Virus record (IMG/VR): IMGVR_UViG_3300045988_120991
Location: 1 to 64,000 of that record
Origin: a virus
Reading direction: 5' to 3' (one strand)
Length of the DNA: 64,000 nt
Below, piece by piece: positions 21,995 to 32,319 of this stretch. Numbering within the stretch: position 1 is the stretch's first letter; every line of letters starts with the position of its first letter. Below the pieces are notes generated by a model. It was given only the letters and a program-made list of their open reading frames with translations. It did not search any database and had not been told where the DNA came from. Made by a program: the position numbers and the translations under genes.

Positions 21995-23999
21995 CGAGTA
22001 TTTGTCTGATTTGATAAATGGTGGGAATACTGTTTATGTTAAACCAGGCATATACGCAATGTCAACTCGTAAAATAGAAGCGCTTATAAAGATTGCAGAA
22101 TTGCAGAAATACTATCAATGTAATCCAGTTAGATTTATAAGTGATTTTTTCGGCATAGAGCTGATTGACGCTCAGGCATGGATTGTTCAGAGGTCTTGGA
22201 ATTGCCCTAATGTTCTTGTTGTTGCTACTCGTGGTCTTGGTAAGTCTACTATTATAGACTTAATTATCATGAGTAAAGGAATGCTGTTTAATAACTTCTG
22301 GAGTTATATAGCATCTGGTTCTGGTGGGCAGGCAGAGCAAACATTTACTACTCTTGAACGTCTTGCTAATGATAACATTGACGAGATGGTCGGCTCAACT
22401 GGATATATATTTAAACACGAAGTTGAAATTAAGAATGCTGCAGGAGATGGATTTAGTCATTCAAGTAATGGATTTACATATTCTTTATACAATGGCTCTA
22501 TGACTCAAACTCTAAATAGTAATATAGATGCCAAGCGTGGTATGCGTGGTACTGTAATATTTGATGAGTCTGGCTTCCTATCTGCTGAAATGATGAAGGT
22601 TTACGGTGCATTTGCCATCGTAAATAAAAGCTTTAAAACTGGTAAGGACAGAGACGGTAATCTTATCGACCCAATTAGACTTCGTACATTCCCAACAAAT
22701 ATACCAAACCAAAAGTTTTATATCAGCTCTGCATCTAGTACGGATACAGAGTTTTATCGTTTATATAGGGAATTTTCAAAGAGGCAGTTGATTGGTGATC
22801 AGGATTATTTTGTCGCACATATAGATTGTGAGGTAGCTTTTAGACCGACTATGCATGGCAAGGTTATTGCCCCACTATTGATGAAGAGTACTGTTGAGAC
22901 AGAAATGGCTACAAATCCAGAAAAGGCACGTCGTGAGTATTATTGTGAGTTTACGACTGATGCTGGATTGAACGCAATCATTAAGCGTGGTACAATTGCG
23001 CGTAATAGTGAAACACGTGTGCCATTGTTGTTTAATGACACAGATAAAAAGAAATTTGTATTTGCATACGACCCCGCTCGTTCAAGGGATAACAGTGTCA
23101 TTCTTGTAATGGAACTTTATATTGACGAACACGGTGATTATAAAGGTCGTATCGTAAACTGCGTCAATCTACTTGATGTCGGTAAAAAACGTAAGAGTCC
23201 AATGCAAACACCAGATCAGATTAAATATTTAAAAGAACTCATATTGGATTATAACGGTAATGCTTCTGATTATGAAAATATAGAGGCAATTTTAATAGAT
23301 GCCGGTTCTGGTGGTGGTGGCGTAAATATCGCAGACTATTTGATGGAAGATTGGGTGGATAATAAGGGAAACAAGCATAGAGGTTTGATAGATAAGGAAT
23401 ATAGTGCGGATTATGTAAGCAAGTATCCTAATGCTATTGACAAACTTAAACTGGTCTCACCTACTCAATATAAGTCAATTATTTATGAGGCTCTTATTGA
23501 AATGATGAATTTGGATTGTATTAGTCTTACATCTGATTATGATAATAAGGGTTATTTAACGTTATTTGAAGTTGATGATAAATTATATAATTCAGAAAAG
23601 AAAAGAATATCTGACGAATTGCAAAAACAAAAAGTTCCAGAAGCAGAATTTAATATGAAGCTTGAAGAAGAGATGAAAAAGTCTTCATGCATTAAAACAA
23701 AGATGGTGCATCTTGATCCATATCAAGAAATAGCGCTTAAAAACATAGATGCTATGAAAGAAGAAATGGTAAACATGATGCGTAAAAAGAGAGAATCGGG
23801 TAAGGATTCCTTTGAATTAATACCTGAAAAAGCAAACAGACTGCATGACGACCGTTCATATTGTATGGCTCTATGTGCGTGGTTTTTATCAGAAAAACGT
23901 GCAGAACGTATTCGTAATAAGAAAAGAAAGTTTGATTATAAGCTTATAGATATGTTGCCAGTTACACCACGCAAACAGATTGAAAAAATTTTTGGATAA
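21951..23999 (+). CDS. terL: terminase large subunit
   Basis: Walker A ATRGLGKST and Walker B VIFDESGF. The C-terminal nuclease-like region has FAYDPARSRD and LHDDRS. Start moved to the ATG at 21951 (GAGGAGG upstream). Confidence 0.8.
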   Translation: MNSQMKIKIVEEMNDEYLSDLINGGNTVYVKPGIYAMSTRKIEALIKIAELQKYYQCNPVRFISDFFGIELIDAQAWIVQRSWNCPNVLVVATRGLGKSTIIDLIIMSKGMLFNNFWSYIASGSGGQAEQTFTTLERLANDNIDEMVGSTGYIFKHEVEIKNAAGDGFSHSSNGFTYSLYNGSMTQTLNSNIDAKRGMRGTVIFDESGFLSAEMMKVYGAFAIVNKSFKTGKDRDGNLIDPIRLRTFPTNIPNQKFYISSASSTDTEFYRLYREFSKRQLIGDQDYFVAHIDCEVAFRPTMHGKVIAPLLMKSTVETEMATNPEKARREYYCEFTTDAGLNAIIKRGTIARNSETRVPLLFNDTDKKKFVFAYDPARSRDNSVILVMELYIDEHGDYKGRIVNCVNLLDVGKKRKSPMQTPDQIKYLKELILDYNGNASDYENIEAILIDAGSGGGGVNIADYLMEDWVDNKGNKHRGLIDKEYSADYVSKYPNAIDKLKLVSPTQYKSIIYEALIEMMNLDCISLTSDYDNKGYLTLFEVDDKLYNSEKKRISDELQKQKVPEAEFNMKLEEEMKKSSCIKTKMVHLDPYQEIALKNIDAMKEEMVNMMRKKRESGKDSFELIPEKANRLHDDRSYCMALCAWFLSEKRAERIRNKKRKFDYKLIDMLPVTPRKQIEKIFG

Positions 24000-24011
24000 G
24001 AAAGGAGGCCG

Positions 24012-25556
24012 ATGCCTTTGGATAGTTTTGAACAGAAAAAGAAGAAGTTAACAGACGAAGAACGCATAGCGGCTCTCCAGAAAGAAGAAAGAGCTAGGGC
24101 TAGGTTTGCTGCGGCTAAGGATGTTCTACAGTTAATCGACCTAGAAAGTAGCAGAACTCAATCTTATACAGTATATTCTAAGGATAATCTTCGTACATAT
24201 TTGCAGAATCCATCTACGGAAGCAAACCAAAAGAATTTGAGGAATCTGTCCGAATTCTTATTTACTGTTAGCTATGTATATAGACGATTGGTTTTAAATA
24301 AAGCAAATCAGTTTGATGCAAAAAGTTATATTGTTTACCCTAGATTAAATGATAATGGAGAGGTTGAAGACTCTTCTTATCAGAATTATATTAAGACAAG
24401 TAACTATGTTCAGGGTATGCATTTAGATACACAGATTCGTAAATGTTTGATAAAAGCTTGGTTAGATGATGTTGTATATGGGTTTTGCTATGGTAATCCA
24501 GAAGAGGATGATTTCTTCATACATATATTAAATCCAGATTATTGTAAAATTTCAAGCGTTGATTATTATAGCGGGAAAATAAATTTCGCATTCAACTTTT
24601 CATTTTTTGATGGTTCAAATAGTTTTTATCTTGATGTATATGACCCTATTTTTAACAAGATGTATAATTCATATAAATCTGATAGTAAACTTCGTTGGCA
24701 AGAATTACCACCAGAGAGTACTTTTTGTATAAAGATTAATGAGGAGAATTTGGATTATCCTATTCCCCCATTTAGTGGAATGTTTAATTCATTGATTGAC
24801 CTTGTAGATATATCACAAATTCAAGCGGTAAAGGATGAATTGTCCGCGTATAAACTTATTTGGGCAAAAATTCCAACTATTTCTGGTTCTCAAGAAGTTG
24901 ATGACTTTGCGATAGATTTGGAATTGGCAAATCAATTCTATCAGAAGTTACAAGAAATCGTCCCAGACGGTATTGCTCTTGGATTGTCTCCTATGGACTT
25001 GCAGGATATTACGTTTGAAACAAATGCTACAGATGACACTAACATTGTCAATAAGGCATATCAAAATTTGATAGAAGCTAATGGTGATATAGTTTTAAAT
25101 TCAAATAAAATTACCAATAGTACAAGCTTTAAGTATGCCATGATGGCCGAAAGTATGACGGCTATGGCTGTTGTTAAACAGTTCAATGTATGGGTTAATT
25201 TTTATATTAAAAATAACCTTGGTGTCGAAGATGTTATTGTTGAGTTTTCTGATGTTAGCAAATATTTTAAAGATGATAAGATTGAGCAACTGTTGAAGTT
25301 GGCTCAATATGGTTTGCCAGTTAAGACACAAATGGCTTCACTACTTGGTATTGATCCTGCAAAGTGTCGTTCCTTAGAGTATCTAGAAGATAAGCTTGGC
25401 TTAGCAAAAACAAAGTGGATTTCTCCGTTGGTGTCTAGTAATGTTCAGAGTGGCATGTCTGAAAATGGAGATGGTTCCAATGGTCGTCCTGTAAGTGATG
25501 AGCCGTTGACTGATGAAGGTGAGAATACAAGAGATGGAAATAAGAATGATAAATAA
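24012..25556 (+). CDS. putative portal protein
   Basis: 514 aa, immediately downstream of terL, strong RBS. Called by position and size only. Confidence 0.55.
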   Translation: MPLDSFEQKKKKLTDEERIAALQKEERARARFAAAKDVLQLIDLESSRTQSYTVYSKDNLRTYLQNPSTEANQKNLRNLSEFLFTVSYVYRRLVLNKANQFDAKSYIVYPRLNDNGEVEDSSYQNYIKTSNYVQGMHLDTQIRKCLIKAWLDDVVYGFCYGNPEEDDFFIHILNPDYCKISSVDYYSGKINFAFNFSFFDGSNSFYLDVYDPIFNKMYNSYKSDSKLRWQELPPESTFCIKINEENLDYPIPPFSGMFNSLIDLVDISQIQAVKDELSAYKLIWAKIPTISGSQEVDDFAIDLELANQFYQKLQEIVPDGIALGLSPMDLQDITFETNATDDTNIVNKAYQNLIEANGDIVLNSNKITNSTSFKYAMMAESMTAMAVVKQFNVWVNFYIKNNLGVEDVIVEFSDVSKYFKDDKIEQLLKLAQYGLPVKTQMASLLGIDPAKCRSLEYLEDKLGLAKTKWISPLVSSNVQSGMSENGDGSNGRPVSDEPLTDEGENTRDGNKNDK

Positions 25557-25568
25557 GGAGGCGGCATA

Positions 25569-25748
25569 ATGAACCAAAAAAAGTTTATAATTACTAAAGA
25601 TCCAGATGTGGCAAAGCAACTTGCCGCTACCTTTAAACAAGTAAATAAGACAAATGATATGTGGGTGTTTCTAAATGAGATAACCACAAATTTTAATTTT
25701 GCTGAGTATAGCAAGAAAATTTCATTTACAAATATTTTATGTCTGTAA
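25569..25748 (+). CDS. hypothetical protein (59 aa)
   Basis: AAGGAGG 7 nt upstream. Hand-translated MNQKKFIITKDPDVAKQL... Confidence 0.5.
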   Translation: MNQKKFIITKDPDVAKQLAATFKQVNKTNDMWVFLNEITTNFNFAEYSKKISFTNILCL

Positions 25749-25795
25749 TCTCTTTTTAGAGTTTATAGTTATTCTGCGAGAAAGGAGGAAATTAC

Positions 25796-27493
25796 ATGCA
25801 TAAAATTTTAACACTTGATAATTTGTATCAGTTTTTTGTTGAGCAAAACAAGTCTGTTAATTTTAGCTCTAAAGAAAAAGGCAATCCAATTGTCGTTTCT
25901 ACTCCTGCAAATTTTGAAGTATCAGATAATGACATGCCAGGAATGCTTAAGTTGAAATTTAAAGTTTGTCATACTGAAACTAACAGAAATGGCTCCCATA
26001 TTTCTAAAGAAAATATGGAAACCGCTATGCCTACTTTGAAGTATAGACCAGTTTTAGCATACATTCATCAACTTGATGATGGGACATACGATTTTTACGC
26101 TCACAATATGAGTATTGAAGAAGATGAAAATGGTGATGAGAAGATAGTTTACGAAGAGAAGCAGGTTGGATGCTTTACAGCAGACAGTCCATGGCTTGAG
26201 TATGATAAAGAAATGGACAAGACATATGTTATGGCATATGCAGTCATCCCTGAAGAATATACTGAGGCAGCAAACATTATTCGTAGGAAGAATGGAAGCA
26301 GAGTGAGCTGTGAGTTAGTGATTGACGAACTTTCTTATAACGCCAAGGAAAAATATCTTGATTTAACATCTTTTTATTTTGGCGGATGCACACTATTAGG
26401 ATGTGATGAAAACGGAAATGAAATAGGTGAAGGAATGCTTGGCGCAAGAGCTGATATTACAGATTTTTGTCATGAAAAACCCGTTTTTAATTATCAAGAA
26501 AAATTGGTTGAAATATTAGGTAGACTTGATAGTACCCTATCTAATTTCAATAAAAACAATACAAAGGAAGGAGTGAGAAAAGAAATGAATTATTTTGAGG
26601 AACTTCTAGAGAAGTATGGTTTTACCGCAGAAGAGTTGGATTTTGATTATGCAAATATGTCAAATGAAGAACTTGATGTAGCTTTTGAGGAATTTAAGAA
26701 TAAGAAATATGCAGACGATGAAAGTGATGCGGGTTCTGATACTGGTGATGGTAATGAAACTGATCCTGGCACTAGTGAAGGTGAAGGTACTGATCATACA
26801 GACCCAGAGCCAACTGAAGACGAGGATTCAGAAGACGGAGATGATTCTTCTGATGACGATGAACCTAAGAAGAAGTTTGATAACTTCGTAAAAACATTTA
26901 AGATTGAGATCTCTCATGAGGATATTAAATATGCTCTTTATAACCTTCTTGGTGAATACGAAGAAAACGATAATGAGTGGTATGGTATTTATTCCGTTTA
27001 TGATGATTATTTCGTAATGCAAGGTTGGTGTAGCGGCAAGTTCTATAAACAGGGATACTCTATTGATGGTGACAATGTGTCTCTTGACGGTGAGCGTACT
27101 GAGTTATTCCAGATGCTTTTGACTGAATCTGAAAAGATTGCTGTAGATAAGTTGCGTGATAACTATGCTGAACTTGAGGAAAAGTATAACGAGTTAAAGA
27201 CTTTTAAGGATAATTATGATATTGCAGAAATCAAAGCAAAGAAAGATGAAGTCTTTGCAAATGAAGTTTATGATGGTATTCGTGAATCCGATGAATTTAA
27301 GACACTTGTGAATGATGCAGAAAAGTATTCTGTTGAGGAAATTCAGGATAAGTGCGACCTGCTATTTGCTGCAAACGAGAAGAAGATTAAGTTTGCTGCA
27401 AAGGATAAGAAATCTCATAGTATTAGTTTTAACTTTAATAAGAAAGAAGACAAGAAAGTTTCTGCATATGGAAACCTATTTAAAAATGACTAA
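25796..27493 (+). CDS. putative scaffolding protein (possibly protease/scaffold fusion) with D/E-rich linker
   Basis: Lies between the portal and capsid genes. Contains the acidic run DDESDAGSDTGDG...DDSSDDDEPKKK and a coiled-coil C-terminus. Confidence 0.45.
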   Translation: MHKILTLDNLYQFFVEQNKSVNFSSKEKGNPIVVSTPANFEVSDNDMPGMLKLKFKVCHTETNRNGSHISKENMETAMPTLKYRPVLAYIHQLDDGTYDFYAHNMSIEEDENGDEKIVYEEKQVGCFTADSPWLEYDKEMDKTYVMAYAVIPEEYTEAANIIRRKNGSRVSCELVIDELSYNAKEKYLDLTSFYFGGCTLLGCDENGNEIGEGMLGARADITDFCHEKPVFNYQEKLVEILGRLDSTLSNFNKNNTKEGVRKEMNYFEELLEKYGFTAEELDFDYANMSNEELDVAFEEFKNKKYADDESDAGSDTGDGNETDPGTSEGEGTDHTDPEPTEDEDSEDGDDSSDDDEPKKKFDNFVKTFKIEISHEDIKYALYNLLGEYEENDNEWYGIYSVYDDYFVMQGWCSGKFYKQGYSIDGDNVSLDGERTELFQMLLTESEKIAVDKLRDNYAELEEKYNELKTFKDNYDIAEIKAKKDEVFANEVYDGIRESDEFKTLVNDAEKYSVEEIQDKCDLLFAANEKKIKFAAKDKKSHSISFNFNKKEDKKVSAYGNLFKND

Positions 27494-27509
27494 AATATAA
27501 AACTTTAAG

Positions 27510-27533
27510 GCAGTCATTTGTGGCTGCTTTTTT
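27510..27533 (+). terminator. rho-independent terminator
   Basis: GCAGTCA-TTTG-TGGCTGC followed by TTTTTT. Confidence 0.6.
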
Positions 27534-27572
27534 GTTATAAAAAAATTAAAATTAGAAAGGAAATGAAATAGT

Positions 27573-28085
27573 ATGAACGTATATGATCAGATTACTGTAG
27601 ACAAGCATGTTGTTTGCGAAAGTTCTCTACTTAAGGCCACTATCACTGGTCACATTTATTCTCTAAAGATGATTGCCAATACCGATAATGGCTCAATTGT
27701 TTCTCGTGGTGATTGGGTTGAGGATCAAATTTTTAACGCCAAGGCTTATGCTGCTGGTGAGCAGCCTCTACTAGTCCTAACTCCTCCTTATGGTTACAAT
27801 AGCGACCGTAGAAGTTATCAGGATGAGTGTAATTTCTATAATGCTACTGGCGAGGTTGCTAGAGCTTATGAGCTTTGCGAGGGTGACATTTTTACCGTTT
27901 CTTCTGAAGCTATCACTGCTCTAGCCGAAGCTCCTGTTCTTAAGAACTATGTAAGCGTAAGCAATGGTCTATATCAGGAAGCTGCAACTCCTGGTCAGAC
28001 GGGTTTTGTTGGTCAGATTATAGAGAAGGTAAATTATACCAATTCTGTTTCTTACAGAATCCTAGTCGTTAAGACTGGCGTATAA
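27573..28085 (+). CDS. virion protein (possible head decoration/auxiliary capsid protein)
   Basis: Immediately precedes the capsid gene and shares its strong CTA/GCT/GGT codon bias. Confidence 0.4.
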   Translation: MNVYDQITVDKHVVCESSLLKATITGHIYSLKMIANTDNGSIVSRGDWVEDQIFNAKAYAAGEQPLLVLTPPYGYNSDRRSYQDECNFYNATGEVARAYELCEGDIFTVSSEAITALAEAPVLKNYVSVSNGLYQEAATPGQTGFVGQIIEKVNYTNSVSYRILVVKTGV

Positions 28086-28115
28086 TTGAAGGATTAAGAA
28101 AGGAGGAAAATAATT

Positions 28116-29207
28116 ATGAATAAGTTTATGCAGTTTGATATGAATGTAAAGAATGTATTTAAAAATGATGAGAGCAATTATGACTCTTTTAACAAGCTAA
28201 TGCTAGACTACTCTCATGATATGCTAGATGGCATTTCTGCTAGAGAGGCTAATGATAAGATTGTAGAAATATTCCGTAATATTATTGGTTGTGACGAGAA
28301 GTCCACTAAGGCTGAAATTCGTAGAGGTATTCGTAGAAATCAGAATCTAATTTTTGATCTAATTGAGGTTGTTATTGATGACGCTCTAATTAGTGGTTGG
28401 CAGGAGAATCCTTTCTTCAAGGAGTTTGTTGAGGTTCGTAACCTAGCTATGCATGACAAGAATGAGTTCTATGTTCCTGATGATAGTGTTCTATCTGTAA
28501 TGAAGGTCTCTGGTAATCATCATGATTTGCTACGTCAGAGACTAGGTGCTGGTAAGACCTTCTCCGTCGAGACCAGTTGGTACGGCATCAAGGTTTACGC
28601 CGAGTTTGAGAGGCTACTTACTGGTCTTGAGGACTTCTCTACTCTAGTTGGTAAGATTACCGAGGCTTTTGACCGTTATGTCAATCAGGCTCTATATGAG
28701 ACTCTAATTGGTATTGGTACGACCCTAGGTTCTCAGTGGTACAAGGCTTCCGCCATTAATGATACCACCAAGGAAACTCTACGTACTCTAGTTATGGATG
28801 TTAGCATGGCTACTGGTAGCGAGGTAGTTATCATGGGTACTTATGCTGCTCTATCCAAGGTTTATGACCTAACTAATGTTTCTTGGGCTTCTGGTGACAT
28901 GAAGAACGAGAAGTATACTACTGGTCGTTTTGGTTACTGGGAGGGTATCAGACTAGTTGAGCTAAAGCAGGGCTTCAAGCTAAACGACACTACTCAGTAT
29001 CTAATTGCTAATGATGTTCTATTCATTATGCCTGTTGGTATTGAGCCAATGATTAAGCTAGTATATGAGGGCGACACTCAGACCTATCAGGTTCAGGACG
29101 CTGGTACTCATATGGATATGACGTATGATTACGAGGTGCAAACCAAGATGGGTATTGGTGTAATCACCAACCAGAAGTTTGGTTATTGGAAGATTCTAAA
29201 TGCCTAA
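28116..29207 (+). CDS. putative major capsid protein
   Basis: 363 aa, follows the scaffold gene, strong RBS and a highly biased codon set. No motif proof. Confidence 0.55.
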   Translation: MNKFMQFDMNVKNVFKNDESNYDSFNKLMLDYSHDMLDGISAREANDKIVEIFRNIIGCDEKSTKAEIRRGIRRNQNLIFDLIEVVIDDALISGWQENPFFKEFVEVRNLAMHDKNEFYVPDDSVLSVMKVSGNHHDLLRQRLGAGKTFSVETSWYGIKVYAEFERLLTGLEDFSTLVGKITEAFDRYVNQALYETLIGIGTTLGSQWYKASAINDTTKETLRTLVMDVSMATGSEVVIMGTYAALSKVYDLTNVSWASGDMKNEKYTTGRFGYWEGIRLVELKQGFKLNDTTQYLIANDVLFIMPVGIEPMIKLVYEGDTQTYQVQDAGTHMDMTYDYEVQTKMGIGVITNQKFGYWKILNA

Positions 29208-29211
29208 TCGT

Positions 29212-29226
29212 ACAATACAAAATTAA
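29212..29226 (+). promoter_or_regulatory. conserved 15-mer copy 8
   Basis: Exact match, 5 nt after the capsid stop codon and upstream of the ATG at 29255. Confidence 0.7.
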
Positions 29227-29254
29227 TTATAAAGGATAAAAGGAGAAATTTAAT

Positions 29255-29779
29255 ATGGCAAATACTACAAGATCCAAGAAGAGTGAATCTGTCGAGGAAA
29301 CTATTGAGAAACCACAGAAGAAAACCCCACGTAAGTTTGCGCAAGATGATTTAATTTTGTGCAAGTCTGTTACTTATGGAGAGCTATTGTTGCCAGGAAA
29401 GAAATCTAAGCTTTTATATATCTGGTCAAATTATGGTGACACTACCGAAGTAGAATTTCAAGACCTTCAGGCTTTGAGATCTACTAGGTCTAGTTATTTG
29501 ATGAATCCATATTTTGTGATAGAAGACGAAGAACTACTAGAGCAGTGGCCAGAATTAAAAACTTTATATGATAAGACTATGGCTCTTGATGTTGACAAGC
29601 TATTTAGTTTGCCAATTAATCAATTTAAGAAGAGACTTCGTGAGATTCCTGTTGGTTTTAAGGAGCCAATCAAGAATATTGCTGGAGCAAAAATTCGTGA
29701 TGGTTCTTTAGATAGTATTTCTAAGATTAATGCACTTGATGAAATTCTTGGTACAGAACTAAAGTTAATGATTGACTGA
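29255..29779 (+). CDS. hypothetical virion-module protein (174 aa)
   Basis: ORF track with a good RBS. Confidence 0.75.
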   Translation: MANTTRSKKSESVEETIEKPQKKTPRKFAQDDLILCKSVTYGELLLPGKKSKLLYIWSNYGDTTEVEFQDLQALRSTRSSYLMNPYFVIEDEELLEQWPELKTLYDKTMALDVDKLFSLPINQFKKRLREIPVGFKEPIKNIAGAKIRDGSLDSISKINALDEILGTELKLMID

Positions 29780-29793
29780 TAGGAGGTACTTAA

Positions 29794-30216
29794 ATGAGCA
29801 CCACCTACGAAGAGATTTATGATTTAGCAAGTAGAAAGTTAACTGATGTTGAGCTTCCACTACTTCCAGAAGAAGAGTTGGAAGATACATTTCATGGTTA
29901 TCTTTTGAGTTCGATTGCACAATTTAGAAAATGCAAGAATGACCTTTCTGATCGGGATGAGAATGAAAAACAATTTAATGTAGACTTATTAGATAAAGAA
30001 AAGGAAATTCTTGCCGTATTGATTGCAAGACAATGGCTTCAGCCTCAAATAAATTCAGCACTTTTAACAAAGCAGGTATTCTCAGATAAAGAATCAAAGT
30101 TTTATTCACAGAAAGAAATGCTTGTGGGTCTTATGTCTTTAGATAAAAAGCTAAAGATTGAGGCACAAAAGTTAAGTCGTGATTATACATATGACTCTGG
30201 CTCTTACTGGTCTTGA
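29794..30216 (+). CDS. putative head-tail connector (gp6-like)
   Basis: The N-terminal YEEIYDLASRKLTDVELPLLPEEELE pattern resembles gp6-like connector proteins. From memory only. Confidence 0.4.
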   Translation: MSTTYEEIYDLASRKLTDVELPLLPEEELEDTFHGYLLSSIAQFRKCKNDLSDRDENEKQFNVDLLDKEKEILAVLIARQWLQPQINSALLTKQVFSDKESKFYSQKEMLVGLMSLDKKLKIEAQKLSRDYTYDSGSYWS

Positions 30217-30228
30217 GGAGGTGCTCCA

Positions 30229-30531
30229 ATGAATAATGTTTATGGAGAAATCCCATCTTCTCAAATATCTGCTCAAAAACGCTATTTGTATGGTGCAATT
30301 ATTTCTATATTATATGAAAGAGAAGAAAATAGTCCTTTTGTCGATGCACATATTCAAAGTTTAATCAATCAGATTTGTGGATTAAATAAATTGTTTAATT
30401 ATCAGCCGGAAGTTTTAACTATTATTAGCTGTTTAGAGACTGCACGTGTGGAACCATCTCAGTTTCGTAAGGCAATACTCGACGCTGCTAATTTAGTTAA
30501 TGCTTTGAAGGATGGTGAGTCTGATGCTTGA
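30229..30531 (+). CDS. hypothetical neck/head-completion protein (100 aa)
   Basis: ORF track. GAGGAGG upstream. Confidence 0.7.
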   Translation: MNNVYGEIPSSQISAQKRYLYGAIISILYEREENSPFVDAHIQSLINQICGLNKLFNYQPEVLTIISCLETARVEPSQFRKAILDAANLVNALKDGESDA

Positions 30532-31807
30532 TTCTTTTAAAGCTCGTATGGAAAGACTCGGTAAAACCCAGGGTAACGCATATTTGCAAAACGCAGATAT
30601 GGTTATAGATGCAACATTTAAACGCGATCCTTCTTATAGGGAAGTTTTTTTGACACATGCTTTAAATAAAATCGAATTACAGAAGATGGATGCAAAATTT
30701 ATGATTCATACACATCGGTCAATTACTGGTGATAATGAGGATTATTATTTGCAATTTCGTCCTCATGTAAAAGTTCCGATTGGTTCATATGTTGATATCC
30801 CTAATGATGAAGGGAAATATGAAAGGTGGCTAATAGTCGAAGAAGACAATAGACCACAATTTCCGCTTTACTATGTATTGAAATGTAATTGGACATTAAA
30901 ATGGTATGTTAATGAAAAAGTGTATAAATGCCTAGGTGTTTTACGAAATCAGAATAGTTATAACTCTGGTTTGTGGCAAGACTATATATTTGAATCTGTA
31001 GAGAATCAAAATAAATTCTGGATGCCTACTGCACCTTTTTCTCAAACACTTAATTATGGACAGTTTATTTTAATGAATGATAATGGTAGAGAAGTTCCTA
31101 TACGTTGGAAGGTTTCTAAAATTGAAGATCTTCAGCCAAAAGGCGTTACGAAGGTTACATTTACACAGGAACAAACGTCATTGCATGTTGACTGTGGTAA
31201 ATTTGGCATTGCAGAATGGTGTAAATGTGAGGACCACACTACTACTAAAAATGAAGTTTGTAAATATTGTAGATTAGAAGAACCTCATTATATTGATGCG
31301 GGTCTTGAGATACCGCAAGTGGAATATCCATGTGGAAGAATTACATATAACGGTAAGGACTCTACCCTTCGTGTTGGAGGTAGCTCCAAGGTGTTTGTAG
31401 CAGAGTTTTGGGACGAATTTAACCTTGTATATACGGCTGATAAACCAATATGGAAGTTGTCATTTATGGATGATAATGTTTTGTTGTGTTCGATAAACCT
31501 ACATTATCATAATGATGATTGGGAAATTGAGCCATCAGATGATTGTCCGGGAAATATTGTAATATCTGATTTGAGTTTTAAAGATGATGTTTCTACGCCA
31601 TCTGATGTTGATGCATGTGATATAACATGTAGTTCTAATGGTAAAGAGATATTCAAAATTAATGTTGCTCCAGCAGAAGATGATTGGAATGCACTTAAGC
31701 TACGTTGTTTGCAATTATATAGTATGGTTGGTAAAAAAATAGTTGTATCAGCAGCTAATAAAGATGGAAAATATGCAATAGAAAAGGTTATGGAGGTGAT
31801 TAGCTAA
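30512..31807 (+). CDS. virion structural protein (431 aa)
   Basis: ORF track. The start may be the ATG at 30524. Overlaps the upstream gene. Confidence 0.7.
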   Translation: MVSLMLDSFKARMERLGKTQGNAYLQNADMVIDATFKRDPSYREVFLTHALNKIELQKMDAKFMIHTHRSITGDNEDYYLQFRPHVKVPIGSYVDIPNDEGKYERWLIVEEDNRPQFPLYYVLKCNWTLKWYVNEKVYKCLGVLRNQNSYNSGLWQDYIFESVENQNKFWMPTAPFSQTLNYGQFILMNDNGREVPIRWKVSKIEDLQPKGVTKVTFTQEQTSLHVDCGKFGIAEWCKCEDHTTTKNEVCKYCRLEEPHYIDAGLEIPQVEYPCGRITYNGKDSTLRVGGSSKVFVAEFWDEFNLVYTADKPIWKLSFMDDNVLLCSINLHYHNDDWEIEPSDDCPGNIVISDLSFKDDVSTPSDVDACDITCSSNGKEIFKINVAPAEDDWNALKLRCLQLYSMVGKKIVVSAANKDGKYAIEKVMEVIS

Positions 31808-32319
31808 TGATTAGAGACATCCAAAATATTGATGACGATGTGTCTAGTATGAAACGTTTGATTCGTCAAAAACTCACGTCTGATCCAGATGTTATTGAGG
31901 CGTTAAATAATCATGAGCTAGACCCTTCTAGTCCTGATGATTATTTGAATACTAACATCTTTGCATATATACGTGTCCCGATTGTACAAGATGTTGCTAG
32001 AAATTTTATCTGTTTTAGCGTAGATGACATGGAAGACCATCAATATAATAGTGTTATGAAAATTCAATATATACAATTTGTTGTGTTTTGTCATACGGAT
32101 GATATTAAGACTCCGTATGGAATTGAACGACATGATTTACTTGGATATTTAATTCGTGATATTTTTAATTGGTCGAACATGTTTGGTATGCAAGCAAAAC
32201 TTGTATATGATAGAGAGGGCGTTACTGATACTGCATACTCTACTCGTACTTTAAAATTTGAGCTTACTAGAACTAATTCTTTAAATAAGGCTATAACGAG
32301 GAATAAGCATGAATTCTGA
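31807..32319 (+). CDS. virion structural protein (170 aa)
   Basis: TAATG overlap with the upstream gene. GGAGGTGA upstream. Confidence 0.75.
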   Translation: MIRDIQNIDDDVSSMKRLIRQKLTSDPDVIEALNNHELDPSSPDDYLNTNIFAYIRVPIVQDVARNFICFSVDDMEDHQYNSVMKIQYIQFVVFCHTDDIKTPYGIERHDLLGYLIRDIFNWSNMFGMQAKLVYDREGVTDTAYSTRTLKFELTRTNSLNKAITRNKHEF

